Under the pieces are notes generated by a model that worked only from the letters and a program-made list of their open reading frames with translations, had not been told where the DNA came from and made no database searches. From Felis catus (Eukaryota): a DNA stretch of 64,000 nucleotides. The DNA lies in assembly GCF_018350175.1 (NCBI RefSeq), contig NC_058368.1, positions 237,400,001 to 237,464,000 on the forward strand, given 5' to 3'. Shown one piece after another: positions 1-12,716 of the stretch. Position 1 is the first letter of the stretch, and each line of letters opens with the position of its first letter. A program made the position numbers and the translations under genes.

Positions 1-1224
1 GCTAAGAGTCCTCAGGACTGGGCGCCCACACACAAGCCCCATTCTGATTACAAGCGTCCGTGCCACTGTGTTTGGAAACTTTCCCAGAAGCGTCCTCCAT
101 TTGGCTAATCAATTCACTTGAAGACTCTTAGCTCTGGGTCCAACTGGAGTGAGAACCAATGTATATTGTGAAATATGTCTTGCTTAACGTTTTTCACAAA
201 AAGACATGCTGTGCCCATTAAACTCAGTATTTCTACAACATTTTGTTCTACACCCCAGTGCACGGCCAAGTGGTTTCTAGCACGTTCTTGTGCAAATGAA
301 CGAAAAAGCAAAGCGTGCAAATGGAATCACCCACGTGAGGGGAAAGTGTGACACGAACACAGAAATAGTTCCCTTTGCCCATTTCATCCCCGTGATTCTT
401 TCTCTTTGTAAAATTAGAAAACCCTGCTTTGAATGAAAACTCTGGTGGCCTGTCATTTACGGTCAGTTTAATCACTGACACATTCCTAAAACCAAAGAAC
501 TCATTCTGAGACGGGCACAGAAAGTCGCAGACACGGTCCCTGCCGAACAGCACTCTCCGGCTTTCAAACTTTTTCGTCTGCCGTTTGACTTTGAATCTGA
601 GGACCTAACTCGGGAGGAGCTGGATCACATCGTCGCGTCTGACAGTAAAGGAGTTTCCTCCTGGGAGGGCCCATGAGCGAGAGCAGCCCCAAGCCCATTT
701 TGGACTCGAGAACAGCGCCCACTGCCCCCGACGGGGCTGACCGCGCGGCTCTGGGCCCAGGGACAAAGGCAATGTGGAAACAAACACCTGTGTTCCTTTC
801 GTCAAATCAGACAGACACAACCTTGGAAGCGTGTCTGCCTGGAAAGAGCAAAGGGCAGAGGGCGCGGGGGGCTTCAGCCAGCCCGCTGGCCGGTGGAGGA
901 AGGACGGAGAGGAATGGAAAGCCTGGAGGCCGCGGGAGAACACGTTGGTGGCAAACCTCAGGGTCGCCAGCTAAACCCACGCACAACCCACGTTCCCGCC
1001 GATTCGAATTCCTCCTTGTTGATTCTGAAGTTCAGAGTGGACCCCTGCAATCCGTGGGCCGGCGGGCCTCGGGTTTTCTCTCCTCGCTCTTCGGGGAGGC
1101 TCGGTGCCACGTCCAAGCCTCACAGCTGACCACACACCGAGACCCTCGCTCGTCAGTCCCTCACCGGGAGCGCAGGGGGCAGAGCTCACTGACGGGAGGG
1201 AAGCCGGTGGGACCCGACAGCACG

Positions 1225-1505
1225 CAGTCATCTGGGTGTTTGCCGCCGGGGGTGTTACTTCTGTCATGATTCCGCGGAGGCCGGAGGACTGAGCCCGAGG
1301 TGTCCAGAGGGTGGGCTTCTCCCGGAACCGCTCTTCTTGGCGTGCGGTCTGCTGACTTCCCCTCGCCCTCACTGGGGCGTCCCCACGTCCCTGTCTGTGT
1401 CCTTATCTCCTCTCCCCATAAGGACACCAGCCCTATTGGATGAGGTGCTGGGAGTCCGGTTTCCAATGTGGGAATTTCGAGGGGTGGGATGCAACTTGGT
1501 GCATG
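1225..1505 (-). mobile_element. Degenerate MLT1 (MaLR) solo LTR, MLT1B/C-like, internally deleted
   Basis: tctgtgtccttatctcctctccccataaggacaccagccctattgga (~1393-1440) is the reverse complement of the MLT1B core tccaatatgactggtgtccttataagaagaggagattaggacacaga. Boundaries approximate. Confidence 0.6.
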
Positions 1506-1981
1506 ACGTCTGTCCGGGTAGAGCTCTTCCCTGTTTGTGGGACAAATGCTTCTCTTTCTTCCGGAAACGCCTGGGTCTGTGCCGAGGACCGATTCTCCTT
1601 TCAAGGTCATCAGTTCTGCCGGGTGTGCAGGCCTCTCCCGGCTCTGGGGCTGGGCCTCCATGTTTGGAACTTCTGTGGAGACCCTGCTGAGCCCCTTCCA
1701 CCTGCCCGAGGTGGCCCCCTCAGGCCACACAGACCCACTAGGCTCCTGTCGTGCCACTCAAGGCCCAGAGCGTGCCGTGAGTGAGAGAACTCTGCTGTTT
1801 ACACTCAAGTGCGACCTGTTGTTATCTGGCTCTTCCTAGTACAGGAGTGTTGACACTGGTCTAGAACATTCTATTGATATGCACGGCTCAGGAAAGCTGA
1901 GCTGGGGGGCATCAGTCAAGTCTTCCTTTGTGTACACTTTGTGCTCAACTCTATAAGGACTTATTATTTAAAACGAGGGAA

Positions 1982-2206
1982 GGGGGCGCCTGGGTGGCTC
2001 AGTCGGTTGAACGTCCAACTTCAGCTCAGGTCACAATCTCATGGTTCGTGGGTTCCAGCCCCGCATCGGGCTCTGTGCAGACAGCTCGGAGCCTGGAGCC
2101 CGCTTCGGGTTCTGTGTCTCCCTCTCTCTCGGCCCCTCCTCCGCTCACCCTCGGTTTCTCTCTGTCTCTCAAAGATAAATAAAGGTTAAAAAAACTAAAT
2201 AAAAAC
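1982..2206 (+). mobile_element. Full-length CAN-SINE (SINEC_Fc-like, tRNA-derived)
   Basis: Head ggggcgcctgggtggctcagtcggtt, CT-rich tract and A-rich tail. 11-bp TSD aaaacgaggga at 1970-1980 and 2207-2217, with a ttt/aaaa L1 endonuclease-type site. Confidence 0.97.
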
Positions 2207-3884
2207 AAAACGAGGGACGTGAACTGCAGGCAGGAGGAGGAAGGCCGAACAACCGAGACTAAGACTGATTTTTACAGACTAGTGAAGATGCCACCAAACG
2301 TTTACTAAGTTTCTCCTGCCTTTCAGCTCCCTGTCTCTGTTGTGAGCCCAGCACAGCTTGAGCTGAAGCTCAAAGGAGCGCGGACAACACCCCTGTGTGT
2401 TAGCGGGCCGACTCTGCTCAAGGGGCCGTCTTCAGGGACGCAGACCAGTAGAGGGAGGACAGCGTCAGCCACAGCCGCAGAGCACGCGGTCCTGGGGTGG
2501 GCGGGTGCTGCGGGTTCAGAAACCCTCACCATGCTCGAGGGTGTTTTGGGATCTCTGTGCGGTGACACCCGGGTCTCTCCGGAGCCCTTCTTCAGGACAG
2601 TGGCCGGACGATGCTGGCAGAGTGGGCACGACATCCTGAATCATCACAGGTGTGGCCGGGAGGGCTGTCACCTGCCCCCACTGCCCCCCCACCGAGAGCT
2701 GGCGACTCTAACGCTCCCTCTGGGAACACAAGAAAGCCTCCACTGTGTGTGCTCACGACTGACGTCCCCACGCAGGCACGGTGGACAAAGACAGAACTTC
2801 CCCAGCTGACGATTTGTCATCCAGCCTTTACGTTCTCCTAGCCCAGGGACATGCCCCACGACTCCGTTGTGAGTGGAAAGTCGATGGCCGACCCTGGGCC
2901 TCCCGGCGCCCAGAAGATAGTTTTAGGAGTCTGTCAGGAAATCCTGTGGCCCCAGGCCCAGGGAGACTTTTTATTTCCAAGCCAGTTATTGATTTTGGTA
3001 TGAAGAAAATAATTTGCTATTGTTGCTTAAGGTGTCACCGGGAAAAAAAAAAATCCACTCCTGTTTGGTTTGCTAACTGATGGCAGTTGGGATCTGCCTT
3101 TTCATTATCAGGGCAGTGGGAGCTCCTGGGTGGAGGTGTTTACTACTTAAAGGTACTACTGTCTTTATGAGACATGGCACGCTAATCGAAAACACAAGTA
3201 AACTGAAAATTAAATTTAAAAGCCTATAATTTAGTATCTTCCTGGCCAGGAGTGATGGCTTTCATTTGCACGCGGGTCGGAGCTGTTCAGGGTCAGTGTG
3301 ACGGGGCTGTTGGCAGGGCCTCTTCCGAGGGCTCATGAGCTGATTAATCTCTTGGAACCAAGCTTTGTCTTCTCCAGCTCAGTGAACAACTTCATTCCAG
3401 CTGATGAGTTCACACAGGGGTCAGAACAATCCTCATTTCTGACAATCCCACGGAAAGGGAATTAATTTTATGAGTTAGTGCCACCGCGCTTAAAACGAGG
3501 CTGGAAAGAGGGAAGTTAACATAAGCAGCAGCGAGAAAATCTGTGTGCAAACGCTCGCTTGATTAAAACTAAGGAAAATATTTGCTTAACAAGGTGAGGG
3601 GACCAGAGACGAGAGGGTTCAAAGAGTCAGGAACACACCAATGGGGCCTCTCCCTTCGGTAAATACCAGAAACGTTTTATCAAACTTTTGTTCTTAGGGT
3701 TTAACACGAAAAAGACTCATAAAGGAGACAGATAAGAACAGTTTGAGAAGATTAAACCATTGTGACCGCAGCATTAAAAGGATAAAATTAAAAAAAAAAT
3801 GACTTGAATATGCAAGGAAGTCATATCAGATGCTAGTCAAATACTCTCATAACAATTACGATCACAAAAAAAATTCACTTAAAA

Positions 3885-4090
3885 TTTTTTAACGTTTATT
3901 TATTTATTTTGAGACAGAGAGAAAGAGCTTGAGCAGGGGAGGGGGAGAGAGCATGACGGAGAGTCCCAAGCAGGCCGCACGCCGTCAGGGCAGCTCGGGA
4001 GGTGGGGCTCGATCCCATGAACTGTGAGATCGTGACTTGAGCCGAAACCAAGAATCAGATGCTTAAGTGACTGAGCTGCCCAGGCGCTCC
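3885..4090 (-). mobile_element. CAN-SINE, older/diverged subfamily
   Basis: T-rich tail tttttaacgtttatttatttattttgagacagagag and head end gagctgcccaggcgctcc. Only a degenerate TSD (aaaattcactt / aaaatcactt). Confidence 0.93.
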
Positions 4091-4213
4091 AACAAAATCA
4101 CTTTCGTAAATTCAGGCAAACACATACAGAATGTCCCTTAGTTGCAGGGGTGCGACACTCTTTTCCTTCCGCCTCAAGGAGACATGAACGCATAGTCACA
4201 AGTGTGCATAAGG

Positions 4214-4575
4214 CTGTGTCTTAGGCTGCATGAGCCCCCACATCTAAGCTCCAACCCCACCACCTTTAAAAGTGATTGTACTTGAACATAAGCTCTTTAA
4301 ACAGGTGATTAAGTTGGAATGAGGTCGTGTGGGTGGGCACTGATTCGACAGGACCAGGCCCCTTACAGGAGGAGAGGTCAGGACATACATGCACACAGAA
4401 GGTTGACCGCGTGAGGACTCAGGGAGAAGGTGGACGTCTACGTGGCCAGGAGAGCCTCCTCGGGGCAAACCAGCCCGGCCCATGTTGTGGATCTTGGACC
4501 TCCAGCCTCCAGGGCTGTGAGTCACCACATGTCCAATGTCTGAACCTCCTGGCCCGTAGGATTTTGTTGGAACTC
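4214..4575 (+). mobile_element. MLT1B-like MaLR solo LTR
   Basis: Collinear MLT1B motifs: ctttaaacaggtgattaagttggaatgaggtc, gggagaaggtggacgtcta, gatcttggacctccagcctccagggctgtgag. Confidence 0.8.
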
Positions 4576-5689
4576 AGAGGGGAGGACCAGATGCATGCAG
4601 GCTTCCCGACTGTCAACAAGACAGCAGAATGCCCTCTCACGAGGGCTCTGTTTACCACAAGAGACAGTAAGAACACCACGGGCGTGTTAGACGCCCATCT
4701 CAGAACCCTCCCTCTGGACCGGCTCCTGACTCCATCGTGAGGTGCACGGGTTGGAGTCTTCCTTATTTCACTGGCTAAAAAGCCAAGTTAAAGCATTCCT
4801 TCAGAGTCACGGTCTTGAGACTCAGTCCGAGGGGCTCCAGCTCCGGAGGCAGATGCTCGACACACCTGCCCGTCCCTAACCCTGCCCGACAGCCGAGCCA
4901 CCCGTCGCCCTGTGCTAGCCGTCCGCTCCCCGCTTCCAGGGCCACAAGCAGCCCTCCGGCCACGAGATCTCAGGTGAGGGCACATCCACACACACTCCCC
5001 GACTCCCACACACCTAAATCCGGGTTCAGCCGTGGCTGCGAGCTCATCATGCACGGATTCAAACCAGTAGGTATTTAAACAGGTGCTATCAATGTCACAA
5101 GGTGCCACACACATTTACGTTTCTGTCGCTTTTTCCCTGTGGCCCTGAAGCTTGTCTCGGGGCAGAGGAAGGGCAGAAAATGTCTTATGTTTGGACTTAG
5201 TAACAGAACTGAAAATAAAGAAGCTTCAGGAAGCAGAGACCCGGAAAGAAGTTCCAAATTTTGTGGTCTGAAACGCACTGCTGGCCGTGTGGATTAGCTG
5301 TCCATTCTTGGCTGTGCTAGTTTCCTTTTGATGCTCTCTAATTTCCAGGGTCACCCCAGCTATTTATACAGATTTCACCTGGGCTCGGGGGTACAGTAAA
5401 CACTGAACCCACCGCAGACACGGGACAAGGTGGAGTGGATTTGGGGGGCCCATCGTTAGTCGGGCTGCTGGGATTCAGCTTCTTGCAACAGGGACGTGGG
5501 TAGGAGCCACCTGGCCCCGGAGAGGCTTCACCCACGTGGACAGTCCTGCACGTGGCCAGCCCCCTTCCTCCTCTCCCTTCCCTCATCCAGTCCCGAGCCA
5601 ATGTCCCAAGGGCAGGGGGCTGCAGAGGATCCCTTCCCATGAGGAGTGACACTCAGGGCCTGGCTGATGTGGTTATGAGGGCTGTGCAC

Positions 5690-5870
5690 TCTCGCTGCTG
5701 ACCCGACTGCTCCTCGGCGTGTGCTCGGTGAAGCCCCAGCTCCGCCTTTTACAGAAGGGGAAACTGAGGCCAGGGGCTGGCGGCTCCTCCCCTGCCAGAG
5801 CCCGAGATGACGAGGGCAGGGGTTCAAGGCCAAGCAATCTCATTCTGGAGCTCACGTTCTTAGCCACCAA
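5690..5870 (-). mobile_element. MIR SINE fragment
   Basis: ttttacagaaggggaaactgaggc (5747-5770) is the reverse complement of the MIR core. Confidence 0.75.
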
Positions 5871-6045
5871 ATCATGGTTTTCTCCCCTAAAAATGGTGCT
5901 CATTTTCTTTGTCTGAACTAAAGATAAGTGTGCGTGATTCCCACCGTCGTGCCGCACCTGGTTCCCAGGCTGATCTCGGTGCGTTTAGCTTCTCCAGTAT
6001 TTCTAGTGACGAGGGAGCAAGGACAAGAACGAAGAAACCCAGCCG

Positions 6046-6165
6046 TGCACGCACTCATGTACATGCGATGCACACACATGCACACAACACATACCCTTAT
6101 ATACAGCCTTGCATGCACACTCATATACACACTGCACACACATACATACACACACACACACACAC
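6046..6165. repeat. Degenerate (CA)n/(CATA)n microsatellite
   Basis: Interrupted ca/cata repeats ending in a pure CA run. Confidence 0.9.
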
Positions 6166-7779
6166 GGAACGCCACTGGGACAACCCAGGATTGAGCAGAT
6201 ACAAAACACCACGGAGCTGCATTGCTAGTGTGCCCACGGGGGCTGACCTGAGGACTCCTTTCCACGGAAGGAGGGAAGCCCTCGTCCAGAACCAACACCT
6301 GGGCAGCCACTGGGGGTGTGTGTCACTGTCCGGCCCACCCCGGTGTCTTTTCACAAGAAAGTCGGATGTCCCGCCACCCTGGACTCTCAGCCGTCGCTGG
6401 CCGGCTCAGGAGGTCTGCAGGGAGGTGGGGAGAAAGAATTTACTCCGCTACCTGCACTCCAAAATCAAGGATTACGGTTTCTCGAAAGAGATTCCCTGGT
6501 TAGTGTTTTCCACTCTTCGCTTTCGTCAGGTTGGTCCTACTTAGGAGCTGCTCTCTCCGCACACACCGGCCCACGGGTGGTCGCGGGAACAGCCCTGAGG
6601 GAAGGGGCTTCCTCTCTTCTGCCCAGGTGCGTGGTCCAGGGGCGGCAGGCAGGGCGCCCCCTCCAGCCCACGAATCCCTGCCATCCCAGCCGCTGCTGCG
6701 TCCTTCCAACCCCAGCTCCGGGCACGGCGTTACCGCCGTGGGCACACTGCCCGCATCCCGCCGCGTGGGGCCCACGGTCACCCAGGCCAACCCCGCCGCC
6801 TTTCCCAGCCCTCCTTGTGTTCCACGGCCCTGCCCCGGAATTTCTAGCCTCCTGCTCTAGACTGGAAAATTCTCGAGAGCAGAGGCCATCGCCTCTTGTC
6901 CCCGTGCCCCGGGTCCAGGAGGGCGAGGGAGGCCTGAAGAATGAGCATGACAGGCAAACAGATTCCACCTGCGTCCTCAAACCCGTGAGTGCCTTTGTCC
7001 CCAAGGACACACAGGATATGTCCTGGGAAGGGGAACTCTTGTTCCTACAACCCTGATGTGGGGTTGCCCCAGCCAGGGCCTGCTCCAGGGCCCCAAAAAG
7101 CCCACCTTTTTCTCCATTGTAGGTGGGCTTGGCCCCGCGTATGCCCTCTGTCCACACAGACGCTGCCGTGCAGCCTGGACAAGCCCCGAGGAGGCCAAGA
7201 GTGGCCCTGTCTTGAGTCTTTAGGGCAGTAGGGCAGGTGCAAGGCCAGGCACGACTCAAGAGCCAGGAGAGATTCGCGGCAGGAGGCTCTGGGAGGAGGG
7301 ACGCCCCCTTGGTGGGGGGGATGCCCCCTCGGCGGGAGGAAACGGCGCCCCTTCAGCAGAGGGCAAAAGTGAGTGCATCCATCCCCTTGGCCCTGTGGGA
7401 AGCTGTTGGGAACCATTTCAGCCGTTTACATACTTTGCGTCAGCCCGTCTCACCTCTGCTGGATGCCAGGCTTTGGCCCGCGTGTTGGGGGCTCTCACCG
7501 CCCCGTCGGTGCCCGCAGGAGCAGGCAGCGAGCCCTGAGTGCGTGCGGCCTGCCGCGCTAACGGCTCAGGGGCAGGTGACACACGTGTGCCCACCGTCCA
7601 CGCACACGGCAGCCGCTTGTCACACTGCGAGCAGCCTCCCCACCCCGCCGGCCGCACGGGTGGGCTTCAACACCCACCGCATCTCTCGGCCTCCGTGGCG
7701 GCGGCTCGTGGCCGTGGCTCCCGCCGGCCGGTCCGGCCCCGTGCCCCCCGGAGGACAGGCCTGTGCATCAGCGAGGGGC

Positions 7780-7960
7780 TGGACGAGCCCGTGGCCGTCA
7801 ACAGGAGGGTGCTGTGACCCCGGCTACCGCCTCGGTCTCCCGTTGTCTCAGTTTCCTCCTCTGTAAAATGGGGCCAATTCCAGTACCTTCTTCTGGCAGG
7901 GCAGGGAGGGTGTGGAGAGATACTACCCGAAAAGCATTAAAGTGGCACAAGGCACGTGAG
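7780..7960 (+). mobile_element. MIR SINE fragment
   Basis: MIR core ctcagtttcctcctctgtaaaatgggg at ~7847-7873, followed by agtacct and aaagcatt...tggcaca. Confidence 0.75.
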
Positions 7961-9384
7961 AAAGGTGTAGACGCCCCACACGGGCCGCATCTCACGCAGC
8001 GTGCGAGCCCGGGGGACAGGCGTGCCCCAGACGGAGAAGGGCCCCGGGGGAGACCCGGGGTCTGGGAAGGCCGGATCCGAAGGGAAGGGCCGACTGACTC
8101 CTCCAGATGGACAGCCGGCCCGGGGCTGTGGCCCGGGACGGCTCGCCGGGCAAGAGGCAGGATGACAAGGGGGAGGGCCGGCCACCTCGCCGGCCTCGGA
8201 GCAGGGCGTCCACAGCATTTCTGCGGGGTCAGGAAAATCAGGAGGAAAAAATATCGATGATGGGCATCTTCACGAGTTTCTCAGAAAGCTAAGTATCGCC
8301 TGGAATCACCTCCTTGCTCTAAGTTTTGGGGTTACAACGTGCTTTCTTTTTAAAACCTGTCAATAGCAAATGTTCTTTTAAAATAACATCCTGGGTCAAG
8401 TAAGAGGCAGTTTGGCCCGCCCTATTAATTTTTTCAATGGGATGCGTCCACGGTTTCCTCCTGTGGAGGGTGGTCTTCGAAGGATTTGAGGCCTGACAGA
8501 GAACCAGAGGGTGGAAGGAGTGAGTGTGCGTTTGGGGTGTTTCGGGGTTTGTTTTTAATATGGGAGGAGCCTGCGTGTGCAATCGGACGGAAGGGCGGGG
8601 CCAGTCTGGGGCTCAGAGAGAAGGAAAGGGGGGATTAACGAAACCCCTCTCTCTCGAACAATCGCTCTAGCAGGTAAGCATACATACAGAAAAGACCCTC
8701 CTTCCCATGATCTATAATCAGGAGGAAAATAAATTAAAAACAAGGGTTTTTAACAACTTTTTTTTTTGTCCCCCCCCCCCCCCCCATCTACTGCCTACGT
8801 GAAGACTGGTAGGCCTGAGCCCGGGGCCATTTCTGTCAGTGGGTGACAGTCACATTATTCTAGCCCCAGGCACATCTTATTTACATAATTGCTCTTTGGG
8901 CCAATTTCTGCATTTTTCTGCAGAAACCCTGGCTCTTTTACTGGCATCCTCCTCCAACTCCTACTTTCACTCCATGGTTCATATCCCTGAAAAATAATTA
9001 TAAGCTTTGATATTTAAGAAATCATTACCCACTGATTTAGATAATGAAATAATACCAACTGCACCAAGACGTTCTGTGGTTCTTACATACTTCCTGCTGT
9101 CTCTAACATCATTTAATGATTGATTTTCATTGCAAAGTTAAAAAAAAAAAAAAAACTTCAAATTCGAAACACAGCATAGACATCAATGCTCAGAAGCAAA
9201 GAAGGCATTTTATCTTATTTTCTGTGTGGTACTGAGGCAGATTTAAAGAGAGGAAGATCTTCAAAGCCAGTAGGCAGCATTGCGTGTTTTAAAGAGAATG
9301 AGATCGCTTTGTCATTTTAAAAGCCCTTCCGGTTTGCCAAATGGGTCTATGGACTTGCACTTCATGAAGCCAATATGATCCTCT

Positions 9385-9624
9385 GTTGTTGTTTTTTTAA
9401 TGTTTATTTGTGTGTGAGACAGAGAGAGAGACAGAGAGAGAGGGAGAGAGAGAGATCCGGGAGGGGCAGAGAGATAAGGAGAGAGAGAGAGAGAGAGAAT
9501 CCCAAGCAGGATTCTCTGCTCAGAGCAGAGCCCGATGTGGGGCTCAATCTCACAAACCGTGAGATCTTGACCTGAGCTGAAATCAAGAGTCAGGTGCTTC
9601 ACCAACTGAGCCCCCAGACGCCCC
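9385..9624 (-). mobile_element. CAN-SINE, older subfamily
   Basis: T-rich tail, long (GA)n tract, head ending cagacgcccc. Degenerate TSD gccaatatgatcctct (9369-9384) / gccaatctgactgtct (9625-9640), 12 of 16 identical. Confidence 0.95.
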
Positions 9625-9913
9625 GCCAATCTGACTGTCTTTGGAGAGATCAATCTCATTTACCCGTTCATCCTTCTATCGCCATTCTTCTATCATCACA
9701 ATATATGTAATAATAATCGAGAACTGGAGATCGGGAAGAGAATCAAGGAAACTTTCAATACCCTTGGCATTGTATAATATTGTGTATTTGATGGATTCAG
9801 TGTCTCTTAACATCTTCATTTTTTTTTTCTAATAGTAAAAGTAACTCAGGCTTATTATAGAAAAGTCAAATCATCCTAAAATGTGGGGGAAAAGTGAAAG
9901 AGATTCATTTAAC

Positions 9914-10422
9914 TGTCAGGGTGGAACATTTTACTTTCTTCTACCCTCTTACGTTCTTCGACTGAGGGCCTGTGAACTTAGCTGACAAAAGACAGATTAG
10001 TAGGGAAAATGGAATACAAATTTATTAGTATTTTATGCACATAAACGTTCACAGAAAAGTGAAATTTAAAAAAGTGGTTGGACTCAGTCTTATACGCTAT
10101 TTTAACAAAGGCAAGAGTCTGGACTTTAAGAGTTGATGAGCTCTTGGCAGGTGACTTAGACATATATGGGGAACTAATGGAAGATTAGGGTCATTTTAAT
10201 CAGGTTTATTTCTCCTCCCCCTGCCGACCCTCTGTCTCTGGTGGTGGGTGTCGCTGGAGTGATCTAGAAGGACACCTGTACCAGGAAATGTATGCCCTGA
10301 TTTTAGGTAGAAACAGAGACGGAAGAAAATTTTTCTGTTATCTGTTGATTCTTGCCTCCAGCTCAAAATAGTGCTTATACCAAAATGGACTCGTTTAGGG
10401 TGAAATATTCTGATCAATTTCA
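9914..10422 (-). mobile_element. ERV1-class solo LTR, MER34/MER39-like
   Basis: Minus strand begins tgaaattgatcagaatatttcaccctaaa...tttggtataagcactattttgagctggaggcaa, matching the MER34-type LTR start. TG...CA termini and minus-strand AATAAA at 10021-10026. Confidence 0.75.
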
Positions 10423-12491
10423 GTCCCAACTCCAATAGATAACCTTTTCCAAAACTTACCTATTTAACAAAAAAACAGTACTATTGTAGCAATGGTTTTC
10501 CAAAGTTCTAAGAATGAAAGCGTTCTTATTTTTTGTAAAGGGCACAAGTTAATTTGCTGTATAACACATGATTCAAAATGTATTGGCTTAAGTAACAGGT
10601 GTTTATCATTTCCCTCTGGGTAAGCTGGGCACTTCTCCCTTCTGGAATACTTCCTTCCTGGAACGTTCCCTCACACTGACCCACACGTGCCGGTCTGTGC
10701 CCTAAGTCACTGTGACTGTCACTCTTGCGTGTTTACACCGAGACCCTTCCCTTTAGACTCCATCCAACCTACGCTCCAGTGTCCGTAACCCCCTCATTTC
10801 CCCGTTCTTCCCTTATTATGAAACTCTCTGAGCGACGATCAAGTCTCTGATCTGCGTTATCTTCTCCCCGACTTGCCGGACAAGCTTGCGCAATGCGACC
10901 ACATCGGACCACACAGGGGTGTTCAGGCACCACCCGGGCCCCTGTCGGATGCCTGCTATGCCCAGACTTGAGAGAGCTCAGCTGTCAGCAGTGGATTTTT
11001 CCGGCTGCCCACTCCTCGGGTAAAGCTGTGTCTTCCTGCTTTCCGTTTCTCCCTTTGCCAACAAAACCCCTCTCTTGCCCTGGATGCTGGATATTCTTTC
11101 TGGATCTCCCCCCACCCTTAGCTTGTCTGCAGGCAAGCATCCCCGTGTGGGGTGTACTTCCTAGATTCCACCCTTCTGCACCCCAATCCCTCGGCCAACA
11201 AGGGAATGCAATTGTCCTTCATCCTAAAAGCAACAGCAAAATCACATAAACATGTGTTTTCCTCCACAGCAACAGTCGTTTTTTATAGCCAAATTTCTTA
11301 AAGTAGTACATCCTTTAGTTTTATTTTCTTGCTTCTCGTTCATGTTTTAATTTGAAGAACAACACGCATAGACATTCGTGTGACGTGTGCTGATCCTAAG
11401 TGTGTACTGAACAAGTTGATGAATTGGTGTCTTTGCACAAATGACCACCACCCAGATCAGTAGTAGATAAAACACGCTCAGTGCCATTTGCCCCGTCTCT
11501 GCCCAAAAGTAGCCTCTATTTGACTTTTATCTCAATAGATTACTTTTGCCTCTTATCAAGCTCCTATAAACAGAACCACATGGCCTGTGTTTTTCTGTGT
11601 CTGGCTTTTATAGCCCAGCATAAGGTTTGTGGGACTGACACACATAGTTGGATGAATTGACAACTTACTTGGGTTTTTTTGTTGTTGTATAGCGTTATAT
11701 TCTATGACCCCACAATTTGTATCCATTTCCCCCGCTTTATCTTTTTGGTCACTATGAACACAATTTCTATGAACATTTTATATATGTATCTTTAAGCTGG
11801 ATAAGCTAATTTCTCTTGGACTTCTACTTAGGGATGGGATTGCTGGGTCACGGCATAGACCTATATCTAGCTAAGGCAAGTAAGTACAACCAAACAGATC
11901 TGAAAAAGGTTGCACGAACTTACACACTAAAATGGGCAGAGGAGAATGCCCATTGTCTCTGAATCCTGCTGGACACTTGGCATTTTCTGTCTTTCTCAGT
12001 TTTCCATTATGGTGGGCGTGCGATGGTATCTGATCTTGGACTTGATTCTCATGCCCCTGATGATTAATGACGTTGAGCACACTTGCTGGTTGGCATTTTC
12101 ATACCCTTTTTAGGGAAAGCTTATTTATAACCCTTTTTTTAACTTGATATTTATTTTTTTTTCTTACTGATTTATGGGGGATCTTGCATATCCTGGCTGG
12201 GTGTCTTCGTCAGACGCATTTATTGCAAATACCTCCTCCCAGCCTGTGGCTTATTTTTTTTTCATTCTCTTAACAATGAACAAAAGTTCTTTACATTTTT
12301 TTCCCATGCAGAAATGACATTCTCACAGGACAATTATTTAAAAAGACAATCCTCATTGAATTATGGTATGTTCTTTGTTATTCGTGTTTTCTTGAATTTC
12401 TCTCGGCTATGTTTTCTAGTTGCAGAGGGAAATCGTGCATAGCTTCCTAGAGATCTACTCCTGTGTATTTAGTATTGTCTGTCTCTGTGCT

Positions 12492-12716
12492 CAGGGGCCA
12501 GTAAGCTGAGGCCCACTGGCCAGGCTGCACCACCAGTCTGTTTTTATATGGCCTCTAAGCTAAGAAGAGTTCCTATGCTTTCAAAAGTCCATTAAGAAAA
12601 AAAAGAGAGGGAGAGAGAGAGAAGGAAATGATATACAACAGTGATTATATGTGGCCTGCAAAGCCTGAATAATTTCCTGTCTGGACCTTTAAAAAAATAT
12701 TTTTTGCTGACACCTG
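12492..12716. mobile_element. MER58-family hAT-Charlie MITE nested in L1M
   Basis: Termini caggggccagtaagct... and ...tttgctgacacctg (degenerate TIRs). Internal atgtggcctgcaaagcctgaataatttcctgtctggaccttta. Confidence 0.8.
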
